A DNA stretch of 64,000 nucleotides from an uncultured Verrucomicrobiae bacterium (lineage in GTDB: Bacteria > Verrucomicrobiota > Verrucomicrobiia > Chthoniobacterales > UBA10450): the NCBI GenBank assembly GCA_963772365.1, contig CAVYXA010000001.1, positions 160,001-224,000 on the forward strand. The letters are read 5' to 3'. The notes beneath the pieces were generated by a model. That model was given only the letters and a program-made list of their open reading frames with translations, ran no database searches and was not told the origin of the DNA. Positions 52,228-60,696 of the stretch are shown here, in pieces. The position numbers and the translations under genes were made by a program. Position 1 is the stretch's first letter. Each line of letters begins with the position of its first letter.

Positions 52228-52785
52228 CTAAGCCTGTCCCGGATCGTAGAAATGATCACTGCCGATATCGAACACGCGATTGAGCCGCGCTCGATAATTT
52301 TCAAATGCGATTTGTGCGCTCAGTTGCATCAATTGTTCTTCGGAAAATTGTCTGGTTAAACGCGCGTAAAGATCGTCGGAAATATTCGATGGTGCGGTCA
52401 CCATGGCGTCAGCCAGCTCAATCACTAAACGCTCCGGCTCGTTAAAGATCGACAAGTCGCTGCCAAGAACGGCTCGGAGTTTCTCATCGGTCAGGCCGGC
52501 TTTTCTGCCCACGGCAGAATTGATATCCATTCAGAAAGGACAACCGATCCGAGCGGCGGTGCGAACCTTTCCGAGCTGAATGTAGCGTAACGAAACGAGC
52601 CGTTTTTGGCGGAGTGCTAATTCCATGAGGATGCCGCCCCATACGACTCCCGGCACACGCATTTGAATTTTTACCGGGGTAAATTCTTTGCCGAACATTT
52701 TGCGCATCGTCCCGTAAAACCAGCGCAAATGCCACGGGGCCTGATTTCTTTCTAATCCCTGAATTCTCTCCATTAACGTCTCCAT
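52228..52785 (-). CDS. AhpD / carboxymuconolactone decarboxylase-like protein, probable selenoprotein (CxxU)
   Basis: ORFs 52531-52785 and 52228-52530 are in frame and separated only by one TGA: ...AARIGCPF-TGA-MDINSAVG... Confidence 0.85.
52503..52519 (-). promoter_or_regulatory. Bacterial SECIS-like hairpin
   Basis: UUCUGCC-GUG-GGCAGAA, a 7-bp stem with a G-initiated loop, starting 11 nt after the UGA. Confidence 0.75.
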
Positions 52786-52836
52786 TTATAGATCGGCGAA
52801 AAGCGTGTAGTCGGACTTGGATGTTCGCCATCGAAC

Positions 52837-53679
52837 TCACGCGCGATTTTTTTCCAGGATGACCAGCGCAATTCCGCCCAGGACGGCGAGGGATGCGAAT
52901 GCGTAGCGCAATGTGATCGGTTCGCCCAGCAAAAGGATTCCACCTGTCGCGGCCAGAACAGGCACGCTCAGTTGAACCGTGGCGGCGTTGGCGGCTTTCA
53001 GTCCGGGCAGAGCGGCATACCAAAGCACATACCCGATCCCGGATGTAATTGCGCCGGAGATTGTGGCGTAACAAATTCCGGCGGGGTCAAGACGAAGCCA
53101 TGGCAGCGATCCCATAACCATGACCGCAGCGAATGGAATGGCGCGGAGAAAATTTCCCGCGGTCGAAGTGATCGCATCCCCAGAATTTTTTCCCCGGAGT
53201 GAATAGATTCCCCAGGCGACGCCTGCACTCAGCATTAAAACAGAACCGAGAATGGACGGCGCAGACAGACCGGGCAGGACAAGAAGAACAAGACCGGCCA
53301 TTGCTGCAATGAGTCCAACTGCTTGAATGGCCCATAATCGTTCACCTTGTCGCAGGCCCCAAAAAATCATTGTTACTTGAACCGCGCCGAAGAGAAGCAA
53401 CGCACCAGTGCCGGCGGCAAGATCGACATAAGCAAGGGAAAACGCTGCCGCGTAAATGAAGAGCGCAACCGCTGACACCCAATTGCCAGTGACACGAAAC
53501 GAGCTGCGCCGAATCCTCATAATGAGCCAGAGCGCGATTGCGCCGGAGAAAACACGGACAAATGTGAAACTCGCGGGATCAATGCTCGTTTGTTTCAGAG
53601 CGACGCGGCAAAGGAGCGAATTGCTGGCGAAAGCAATCATCGCGAGCGCAGTGAGAAAAAGCGTCCGGGCAGAGGTCAC
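52837..53679 (-). CDS. DMT/EamA family transporter
   Basis: AMIAFASNSLLCR, AWGIYSLRG and ATVQLSVPVLAA; about 10 TM segments; GTG start inferred. Confidence 0.9.
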   Translation of the reverse strand: MTSARTLFLTALAMIAFASNSLLCRVALKQTSIDPASFTFVRVFSGAIALWLIMRIRRSSFRVTGNWVSAVALFIYAAAFSLAYVDLAAGTGALLLFGAVQVTMIFWGLRQGERLWAIQAVGLIAAMAGLVLLVLPGLSAPSILGSVLMLSAGVAWGIYSLRGKNSGDAITSTAGNFLRAIPFAAVMVMGSLPWLRLDPAGICYATISGAITSGIGYVLWYAALPGLKAANAATVQLSVPVLAATGGILLLGEPITLRYAFASLAVLGGIALVILEKNRA

Positions 53680-53708
53680 AGAGGGAAAGCCGAAGTGCTC
53701 CCGGCCTG

Positions 53709-54149
53709 TCAGGGTTGAACCGCGTGCCGCCGAATGTTGATCTCGGATGTGAGCGTGCGATGGACAGGGCATTTCCCGGCGATTTCCATGAGTTTGGCGC
53801 GTTGCTCTTGCGTCAGATCGCCGGTCAGCTCGATCGAGATGTCGATCCTGTCGAGCATGCCTTCTTTAGTTTCGCAATCTTTCGCGTGAATACGGGAATG
53901 CCACAGGGAAACAATAATATTTTCCAGCGGCCATTGTTTTCGCCGGGCATACAATCCCACGGTCATCGATGTACACACACCCAGCGAAATGAGCAGATAA
54001 TCGTACGGTCCGGGAGCGGCATCCTGGCCGCCGACATTTACGGGTTCATCTCCGCGCAGGTGATGTTTGCCGGTGACAACTTCCTGCAAAAATTCGCGCG
54101 CATTGCCGCGCACAATCACATGTGCAGGTTCAGTCAGCGGCTGCATCAT
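53709..54149 (-). CDS. OsmC family protein
   Basis: DEP...GG...PGPYDYLLISLGVCTSMT and KCPVHRTL motifs. Confidence 0.92.
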   Translation of the reverse strand: MMQPLTEPAHVIVRGNAREFLQEVVTGKHHLRGDEPVNVGGQDAAPGPYDYLLISLGVCTSMTVGLYARRKQWPLENIIVSLWHSRIHAKDCETKEGMLDRIDISIELTGDLTQEQRAKLMEIAGKCPVHRTLTSEINIRRHAVQP

Positions 54150-54837
54150 GCACGCGGTTTCTTTTTCGCGAACTGCCAAGAACCAGAAGGAGCCCAGCGG
54201 CAATGAGCGCAGTTGTCGCAGGCTCGGGCACGGCGCGGATATTATCGATCCCGAGCTGCCCGACGACGGGCACACCGCTCAAACTGTTTGTGCCGGGAGC
54301 ATGAATGAAGCGAACCTCACCGATGAAGAACGATTGCCACGGATCGGGAGTTCCCACCGGGATCAGGTCGGCAGGATTTAGTGAAATAGTGAAATGCTGC
54401 CAGCCACTGCCGACCGGCAATATCATGGCTTGCGTGAGATATCCCGATGCGCTGTTGCCGGGACCGTTTTTGAATGCCATTCGAATCGACAACTGCACGG
54501 TGCTTTGGTTGAGCAAGTCGACATCGATGGATGTTATTCCTATTCCAGGGTAATCGCCGAGCCACTGGTCGCGATTGAACACGGTGAGCTTGCCTCCAGA
54601 ACCGCTTCCATCGGAAGTCACTTGGATGTAGTGATCGCCAACTCCGCCCGGACCGCCATTGGGGATATTGGTGACCGGCGTTACTCCGATGATTCCTCCA
54701 TTGGTCCAATTTGCCGTTGTTCCATCCTGGAAATCGTCGATCTGCCCGATCACAATCGCGCTGGTGTGGCGGACGCACATCAACGAAACCAAAACAGCGA
54801 CGATAAAAGACGACCGAGACATGAGGGCGCAAATCAT
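54130..54837 (-). CDS. PEP-CTERM sorting domain protein
   Basis: Signal peptide; C-terminal VPEPATTALIAAGLLLVLGSSRKRNR. Confidence 0.9.
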   Translation of the reverse strand: MICALMSRSSFIVAVLVSLMCVRHTSAIVIGQIDDFQDGTTANWTNGGIIGVTPVTNIPNGGPGGVGDHYIQVTSDGSGSGGKLTVFNRDQWLGDYPGIGITSIDVDLLNQSTVQLSIRMAFKNGPGNSASGYLTQAMILPVGSGWQHFTISLNPADLIPVGTPDPWQSFFIGEVRFIHAPGTNSLSGVPVVGQLGIDNIRAVPEPATTALIAAGLLLVLGSSRKRNRVHDAAAD

Positions 54838-54910
54838 AGGAAATTTGCAGGCTTAAGGCAAGCATGACTAGCCCACCAATCGTCGGAAGGCGGCGACCTG
54901 TAAGCCGCGG

Positions 54911-55201
54911 CTATTCCCGGCCAAACACGTCCCGCAGTTCGTCTTTCGCCCGTTTCAATATGCCTTTGCGTTTCTTGGGAAGATTCTTGCCCGCTCGATT
55001 GATGTAGAAGTTTAACATCGACATCGCCGACTGATAGGGCTTCGCTTTGCGCCGTTTGCTTTTGCAAGCGGAACGTTTGAGCGAAAGCGCGATCCGCCGC
55101 GGATTGTTTGACTTGAACACCTTCGACTCGAGATCGAGCGCGTCGCTATGTTTTGTCACGCCCGCCGACCAGCGTCTGGATTTCTTCTGCGCCTTCGGCA
55201 T
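54911..55201 (-). CDS. DUF3175 family protein
   Basis: RWSAGVTKHSDALDLE...SAMSMLNFYINRAGKNL. Confidence 0.85.
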   Translation of the reverse strand: MPKAQKKSRRWSAGVTKHSDALDLESKVFKSNNPRRIALSLKRSACKSKRRKAKPYQSAMSMLNFYINRAGKNLPKKRKGILKRAKDELRDVFGRE

Positions 55202-55397
55202 TGGACCGCTTTCGAACTTGACTTCGCTGATAAGAAAGGTGGCAAGATTCTCCATTGTTTCTTCCCTTTCGGGAGCCAATCCGGCAGTAGCCGGACCAGT
55301 GAAGGGCCTTGCCTATTTGATATTTCGCATCAAACGCTCAAGGCACGTGCAATTTTTTTGCGTGTTGGTGATTCAATTTTAAGGAACAATCAAAGCC

Positions 55398-56105
55398 ATG
55401 CGGATCAGCGAGATGAACTGGATGATGGTGGAAGAATATCTCCATCGCGACGATCGCGTTGTGTTGCCGCTCGGAAGCACCGAGCAACACGCTTTTCTAA
55501 GTCTGAGCGTCGACAGCATTCTGGCAGAACGTTTGGCTTTGGATGCGGCCGACCCGTTAGGCGTGCCGGTTTTTCCTGTGCTGGCTTATGGAATCACACC
55601 TTATTTCCGGGCGTTTCCAGGCACGATCACGTTGCGCGTGGAAACGTACCTATCGATCCTGCGCGAAATCCTGGACGCGTTGGCAGAGCAGGGATTCAAG
55701 CGAATCCTGATCGTGAACGGACACGGCGGCAACACGCCGGGGCAGGGGATGATAGGTGAATGGATGGCGGATCATCCCGGCGTCCGGGTAAAATTTCATA
55801 ACTGGTGGAACGCGCCGAAAGTTTGGGCGCAGGTTAAGGCGATCGATCCGGTCGCGTCGCACGCATCCTGGATGGAAAATTTTCCATGGACGCGCTTGCC
55901 GAACATCGACATGCCCAGGGAACAAAAACCGATGAGCGATCTGGAACAGTTACGCCAGCTCGATCCCAAATCGCTGCGTTCGTATTTGAAAGATGGAAAC
56001 TACGGCGGGTTATATCAACGGCCGGACGAAGAAATGATGAAAATTTGGAAAGTCGGAGTGGAAGAGACGCGCGAGCTGCTTGCCGATAACTGGGCTTTGA
56101 GCTGA
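55398..56105 (+). CDS. Creatininase family amidohydrolase
   Basis: LPLGSTEQH, D, FPGTI, NGHGGN and HASWME motifs. Confidence 0.92.
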   Translation: MRISEMNWMMVEEYLHRDDRVVLPLGSTEQHAFLSLSVDSILAERLALDAADPLGVPVFPVLAYGITPYFRAFPGTITLRVETYLSILREILDALAEQGFKRILIVNGHGGNTPGQGMIGEWMADHPGVRVKFHNWWNAPKVWAQVKAIDPVASHASWMENFPWTRLPNIDMPREQKPMSDLEQLRQLDPKSLRSYLKDGNYGGLYQRPDEEMMKIWKVGVEETRELLADNWALS

Positions 56106-56133
56106 TGGGGGCTTCGCGCCGCTGCCTCATATT

Positions 56134-56202
56134 TGTAGCGGCACTCTGTGAGTGTCGCTGTATTGTTCGGGAAGTTTGCGACGGTCATAGACCGCCGCTA
56201 CA
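56134..56202. repeat. REP-like palindromic pair (GTAG type) between convergent genes
   Basis: TGTAGCGGCACTCTGTGAGTGTCGC ... GCGACGGTCATAGACCGCCGCTACA. Confidence 0.7.
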
Positions 56203-56226
56203 GACGCAAGTCGCGAATCGGAGCAG

Positions 56227-56601
56227 TCACGCTCGCACGAGTCCGGCGAAAGCGTTCCGACAACGCCAAATCAGGAACAACTCGAGAATTGTTACGACGA
56301 TGGCAGGACCAACGCCCTCTGGCGCCATCAAAATATGGAAGGCCCAAATATTCACAATGATCCCCGCCAGGATCGTAAGCCCAAGGGGCACGAATCGGTT
56401 GATAAAAAGGAGCAGACCGCCAAGTACTTGGAGGCCGCCGATCACATAAATATAGCCGCTGGCAATGAAGACTTTCAAAAAGTCTCCTGCAAGATTTGCC
56501 GGAGGCGGCGGCATGGGTAGAAAATGGAAAAACGCGTTGGAACCGAATACAACAAAGATCAATCCGAGTAAGACGCGAGCGATGATGCTGACGACTTTCA
56601 T
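56227..56601 (-). CDS. DoxX family membrane protein
   Basis: ARVLLGLIFVVFG.N.F, GGLLL..NRFVPLGL and FH motifs. Confidence 0.85.
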   Translation of the reverse strand: MKVVSIIARVLLGLIFVVFGSNAFFHFLPMPPPPANLAGDFLKVFIASGYIYVIGGLQVLGGLLLFINRFVPLGLTILAGIIVNIWAFHILMAPEGVGPAIVVTILELFLIWRCRNAFAGLVRA

Positions 56602-56742
56602 GGTCCGTTGATCCTGCTAAAGACGGCGGGATTGTCACGCTCAAATTATAATGGTGCGGTTACCGTAGGCCGATCTGAGCGGTCTTCGGGCCGGAGAAAG
56701 ATAATTTTTTTGCTTGCGGACGAGTACAGGTTCGACCAATAC

Positions 56743-56758
56743 TTAACCAGATGGTTAA
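56743..56758. promoter_or_regulatory. Putative ArsR autoregulatory operator
   Basis: Perfect 7-2-7 inverted repeat TTAACCA-GA-TGGTTAA overlapping the arsR start codon. Confidence 0.75.
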
Positions 56759-57101
56759 ATATCCCTCAGCCAAATTGAATCGGACTTTCGCCGCTCTGGC
56801 CGACCCTACCCGCCGCCGCATTCTCGAACATCTCTCCCGCGGCAATCATCGCGTCACCCATCTCGCGCGGCCGCACGCGATGTCGTTGCCGGCCATTTCA
56901 AAACACTTGCGCGTGCTAGAGAAGGCAGGATTACTGCGCCGGCGCCGTTATGGACGCGTCCACGAAATGCAGTTGGACGCCGAGCCCTTGAAAAAGGCCG
57001 CGCAATGGGTCGAGGAGTATCGAAAGTTCTGGGAGGGATCGCTCGATCGGCTGGCGGCCTACTTGGAGAAAACGAACAATTCGAAGAAAGCAAAGGCCTG
57101 A
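56751..57101 (+). CDS. ArsR/SmtB family transcriptional regulator
   Basis: FAALADPTRRRIL, SLPAISKHLRVLEKAGL and FWEGSLDRL motifs. Confidence 0.95.
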   Translation: MVKYPSAKLNRTFAALADPTRRRILEHLSRGNHRVTHLARPHAMSLPAISKHLRVLEKAGLLRRRRYGRVHEMQLDAEPLKKAAQWVEEYRKFWEGSLDRLAAYLEKTNNSKKAKA

Positions 57102-57104
57102 GTC

Positions 57105-57332
57105 ATGTGCCCGGTATGCGTCGCAAATATTGCCGTTTTGGCAACAGCATCGAGTGGAGGACTCGCAGCGCTCGTTCTCAAAGTATTTCACGGAGAAAAA
57201 CAACCCAAAGAAGAAAGAGAAGAATATGAAACAAGCAGAAATGGAGACGCGAAAAATCGTATCGCCGAAGGAGTGGGAAGCTGCCCGCCAGAAACTTCTG
57301 ATGAAGGAAAAAGAGTTGACCCACGCTCGTGA
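57105..57332 (+). CDS. Small protein with N-terminal CxxC and a hydrophobic helix
   Basis: MCPVCVANIAVLATASSGGLAALVLKVF; starts 3 nt after the arsR stop and its tail overlaps the next gene. Confidence 0.55.
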   Translation: MCPVCVANIAVLATASSGGLAALVLKVFHGEKQPKEEREEYETSRNGDAKNRIAEGVGSCPPETSDEGKRVDPRS

Positions 57333-57990
57333 CGCGCTAGCCGCCGAGCGTCGGCGAATGCCGTGGGTGGCCGTGGAGAAGAAGTACCAATTCGAAGGAC
57401 CAAACGGCAAGGTGAGCCTGCTCGACCTCTTCAATGGCCGGCGTCAGCTAGTTATTTATCGCGCGTTCTTTGAGCCGGGCGTAGTCGGCTGGCCCGACCA
57501 CGCCTGCGTCGGCTGCTCGATGATGGCCGATCACGTTGGCAACCTTGCGCACGTGAACGCACGCGATACTACTGTCGTGTTCGCGTCACGCGCGCCGCAA
57601 AAGGAGATCGAACGTTTGAAGGCGCGGATGGGCTGGGAGCGCATTCCCTGGTACACAATCACAGACGACTTCGATAAAGATTTCGGCGTGGATGAATGGC
57701 ATGGCCACAACGCATTCATTCGCGACGGCGACAAAATATTCCGCACCTATTTCATCAATGGCCGCGGCGATGAAGCGATGGGGACCACCTGGAGTTACCT
57801 CGATATGACCGCGCTCGGTCGCCAGGAAGAATGGGAGGACTCGCCGAAGGGCTACCCTCAAACTCCGCCCTACGAATGGTGGAACTGGCACGACGAGTAT
57901 GGCAACGCCGAAGCTTCTGCCAAGGTCCGCGAACAAATTCGCCGCGGCCGCGAAGCCGGACAAGCGGCGACCAGGCCAAATGCTCGATAG
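57226..57990 (+). CDS. DUF899 thioredoxin-like protein
   Basis: KEKELT..RD.LAAERRRMPW, CVGCS, SRAP and TALGRQEEWE motifs. Confidence 0.92.
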   Translation: MKQAEMETRKIVSPKEWEAARQKLLMKEKELTHARDALAAERRRMPWVAVEKKYQFEGPNGKVSLLDLFNGRRQLVIYRAFFEPGVVGWPDHACVGCSMMADHVGNLAHVNARDTTVVFASRAPQKEIERLKARMGWERIPWYTITDDFDKDFGVDEWHGHNAFIRDGDKIFRTYFINGRGDEAMGTTWSYLDMTALGRQEEWEDSPKGYPQTPPYEWWNWHDEYGNAEASAKVREQIRRGREAGQAATRPNAR

Positions 57991-58013
57991 ACTTTGAGCA
58001 GAAAGATCGACAT

Positions 58014-58388
58014 ATGAATCGCGTAACTCATTTTGAAATTTACACGGCCGATCCTAAGCAGGTGCAGCCGTTTTACGAATCTGTTTTCGGCTGGAAGTTT
58101 CAGAAATTCGAAGGTGGTCCGCTTGAGTATTGGCTGATAACGACCGGTGACGATAAGAAACCGGGAATCAACGGCGGAATGACGCGTCCGCGCGAAGGAC
58201 AAAGCCCGGGCACGTTAAACACGGTCTCAGTTCAGTCGCTGGATCAAACGATCAAGAAGATTGAGCAACGCGGCGAAAAGATCTGCGTTCCGAAAATGGC
58301 GATACCGAAAGTCGGCTGGCTCGCTTATGCGGAAGATCCAGTTGGCAATGTCTTCGGAATCATCGAGCCGGACACAAACGCAAAATAA
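58014..58388 (+). CDS. VOC/glyoxalase family protein
   Basis: HFEI, FYESVFGW, GINGG and DPVGNVFGIIE motifs. Confidence 0.92.
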   Translation: MNRVTHFEIYTADPKQVQPFYESVFGWKFQKFEGGPLEYWLITTGDDKKPGINGGMTRPREGQSPGTLNTVSVQSLDQTIKKIEQRGEKICVPKMAIPKVGWLAYAEDPVGNVFGIIEPDTNAK

Positions 58389-58399
58389 AAAACCAATCT

Positions 58400-58843
58400 A
58401 TGACTACAAAAGCCGAATCAGCTGACGCAGTAACAATCGAACGCACTTTCGATGCGCCGGTCGTGAAAGTTTGGAAAGCGCTGACCGATGTCGATCAAAT
58501 GCGGGAGTGGTACTTCGATCTGAAAGAATTCAAACCCGAAGCCGGCTTTGAATTTGAATTCACGATCGAGCACGAAGGAAATTCTTATCATCATCTTTGC
58601 AAAGTCACGGAAGTGATTCCGCAAAAGAAAATCGCTTACACCTGGCGTTACAAAGGCGAGCCCGGCGATTCATTGGTCACGATTAAATTAACGCCGGAGG
58701 GCGAAAAGACGCGTTTGAAGCTGACGCACACCGGAATTGAAACGTTTCCGAAAACGCCAGCCTACGCGCGGAAGAACTTCGAGCAGGGCTGGACTGCGAT
58801 CATCGGCACCGAGCTCAAACAATTCGTCGAAAGGAAAACGTAA
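58400..58843 (+). CDS. SRPBCC/AHSA1 domain protein
   Basis: IERTFDAPVVKVWKALTD...W...TRLKLTH...GW. Confidence 0.92.
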   Translation: MTTKAESADAVTIERTFDAPVVKVWKALTDVDQMREWYFDLKEFKPEAGFEFEFTIEHEGNSYHHLCKVTEVIPQKKIAYTWRYKGEPGDSLVTIKLTPEGEKTRLKLTHTGIETFPKTPAYARKNFEQGWTAIIGTELKQFVERKT

Positions 58844-59328
58844 TGGCAAAACAAACCCAATCATTGTCAGCAAACACCGTCCGGTTGCACCGCGTCCTGC
58901 GGGCGACGCCGGAAAAGGTGTATCGCGCGTTTCTCAATCCGGAGGCGCTGGCGAAATGGCTTCCGCCGAACGGATTCACCTGCAAAGTGCATGAGATGAA
59001 CGCGAAGGTCGGCGGCGGCTTTAAGATGTCGTTCACGAACTTCAGCAGCGGCAAGAGTCACTCCTTCGGCGGAACCTACGTCGAGCTAACGCCGCACGAA
59101 TTCATTCGTTACACCGAAAAGTTCGACGATCCGAATCTGCCCGGCGAAATGCAAACGACGATCACATTTAAAAGAGTTTCGTGCGGAACGGAAGTCACCA
59201 TCGTGCAAGAAGGAATTCCCGCTGCGATTCCGGCCGACGCTTGTTATCTCGGCTGGCAGGAATCGTTGATCCTGTTGGCGAAACTCGTCGAAGCTGAAAT
59301 TCCAGATCAGGAAGGAAACGGCCGATGA
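58843..59328 (+). CDS. SRPBCC/AHSA1 domain protein
   Basis: LHRVLRATPEKVYRAF...KWLPPNGF...CYLGWQESL. Confidence 0.92.
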   Translation: MAKQTQSLSANTVRLHRVLRATPEKVYRAFLNPEALAKWLPPNGFTCKVHEMNAKVGGGFKMSFTNFSSGKSHSFGGTYVELTPHEFIRYTEKFDDPNLPGEMQTTITFKRVSCGTEVTIVQEGIPAAIPADACYLGWQESLILLAKLVEAEIPDQEGNGR

Positions 59329-59759
59329 AAATTCCGTTTAGCGGCGGCTGCGCGTGCGGCGCGATTCGTTACGAGTGCGCGGCTGAGCCAACCCTGATGT
59401 TGAAATGTCATTGTCGCGATTGTCAGCATGTGACGGGAGGCGGATTCGCTCCGGCAATAGTGGTGCCGGCAAAATCGTTTCGATTGACGCGCGGACAGTT
59501 GCGCTACCATTTCACTCCGAGCATCGCACGCGGAAAACATAAACGCGGGTTTTGTCCCGAATGTGGGTCGCGAATTTCCGGAGCTGAATTCGAAGGAGAG
59601 ACATCGGAGTCTGTCGGAATTCTCGCTGGCAGCCTGGACGACCCAAGCTGGTTTCAACCGGAAATGGATATTTTCGTTTCGGACGCGCAGCCCTGGGATC
59701 TCATGGACCCTAATTTGCCCAAATACGCGGAGTATCCGCCATTCAAAAAATCAAAATGA
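59325..59759 (+). CDS. GFA (glutathione-dependent formaldehyde-activating) family protein
   Basis: GGCACGAIRY, CHCRDCQ and FCPECGS motifs. Confidence 0.93.
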   Translation: MKIPFSGGCACGAIRYECAAEPTLMLKCHCRDCQHVTGGGFAPAIVVPAKSFRLTRGQLRYHFTPSIARGKHKRGFCPECGSRISGAEFEGETSESVGILAGSLDDPSWFQPEMDIFVSDAQPWDLMDPNLPKYAEYPPFKKSK

Positions 59760-60202
59760 GAACAGAAGAAAAGACGAGCCTGGAAATCAAGCGATTCATC
59801 AAGGCGCCGCGCGCACGGGTTTACGCCGCTTGGACCGATCCGGCGCAATTGAAACAGTGGTGGGGACCAGAAGGGGCGCGGACCCGTAATTTTACTGCCG
59901 ACGTGCGCGTGGGCGGAAAATATCGCTGGGACCTGATTAATCAGGAAGGCGAAGAGATGAGCGCGTACGGCGAATACCAGGCGTTGATCCCGGACAAGAA
60001 AATCGTTTTCACTTGGAAATGGGACGACGACGAAGATTGGAAGAATGTGAACAGTGTGGTCACGGTGGAACTCTCCGACCGCGACGGCGGAACGGAGCTG
60101 CGCTTCAGCCACGAGAAATTGCCGAGTGAAGCCTCGCGCGATCGTCACAATGAAGGCTGGAACAGCGTGCTTGATCGTTTGGAGAAATTTTTCAACAAGT
60201 AA
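59756..60202 (+). CDS. SRPBCC/AHSA1 domain protein
   Basis: APRARVYAAWTDP...WWGP...HNEGW. Confidence 0.92.
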   Translation: MRTEEKTSLEIKRFIKAPRARVYAAWTDPAQLKQWWGPEGARTRNFTADVRVGGKYRWDLINQEGEEMSAYGEYQALIPDKKIVFTWKWDDDEDWKNVNSVVTVELSDRDGGTELRFSHEKLPSEASRDRHNEGWNSVLDRLEKFFNK

Positions 60203-60273
60203 TTGCCTGCCACGCCGCAGGTCCGAGCCGGACTGGCCGGCGAAGGCGGGTCGAGCTAAAGGAAGCCAAAAAA

Positions 60274-60627
60274 ATGAATACCGAACAAGTTGCAAAGAAA
60301 GTCGTGGAATTAGTTCGCAAGCAAGCGTGGTACGACGCGCTCGACTTGTATGACGACAACGTCGTCAGCGTGGAAGCAGATCCTGGGGCGCCGGAAACCC
60401 GGGGAAAAGACGGTCTCCGCGGCAAAATCGATTGGTGGATCAAGGCGATGCAGGTGCACAGTTTCGACGCCAGCGACCCATTCGTTGGCCACGATCGTTT
60501 TGTCGTGCAATATGACGCGGACGTGACGGAGAAAGAATCGAAACAGCGCCGAAGACTGTCCGAAGTCGGTGTTTACACGGTCAAGAACGGGAAGATTGTG
60601 CGCGAAGAATTCCTGCCCCGCGTCTGA
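60274..60627 (+). CDS. SnoaL-like / NTF2 family protein
   Basis: LYDDNVVSVE...EVGVYTVKNGKIVREEF. Confidence 0.88.
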   Translation: MNTEQVAKKVVELVRKQAWYDALDLYDDNVVSVEADPGAPETRGKDGLRGKIDWWIKAMQVHSFDASDPFVGHDRFVVQYDADVTEKESKQRRRLSEVGVYTVKNGKIVREEFLPRV

Positions 60628-60696
60628 GCTTTTGCAGAATCCGATGTAGAGATCGAGCAACCGCCAGAATCCGCTGCGCCATTTCCCAATATATAA

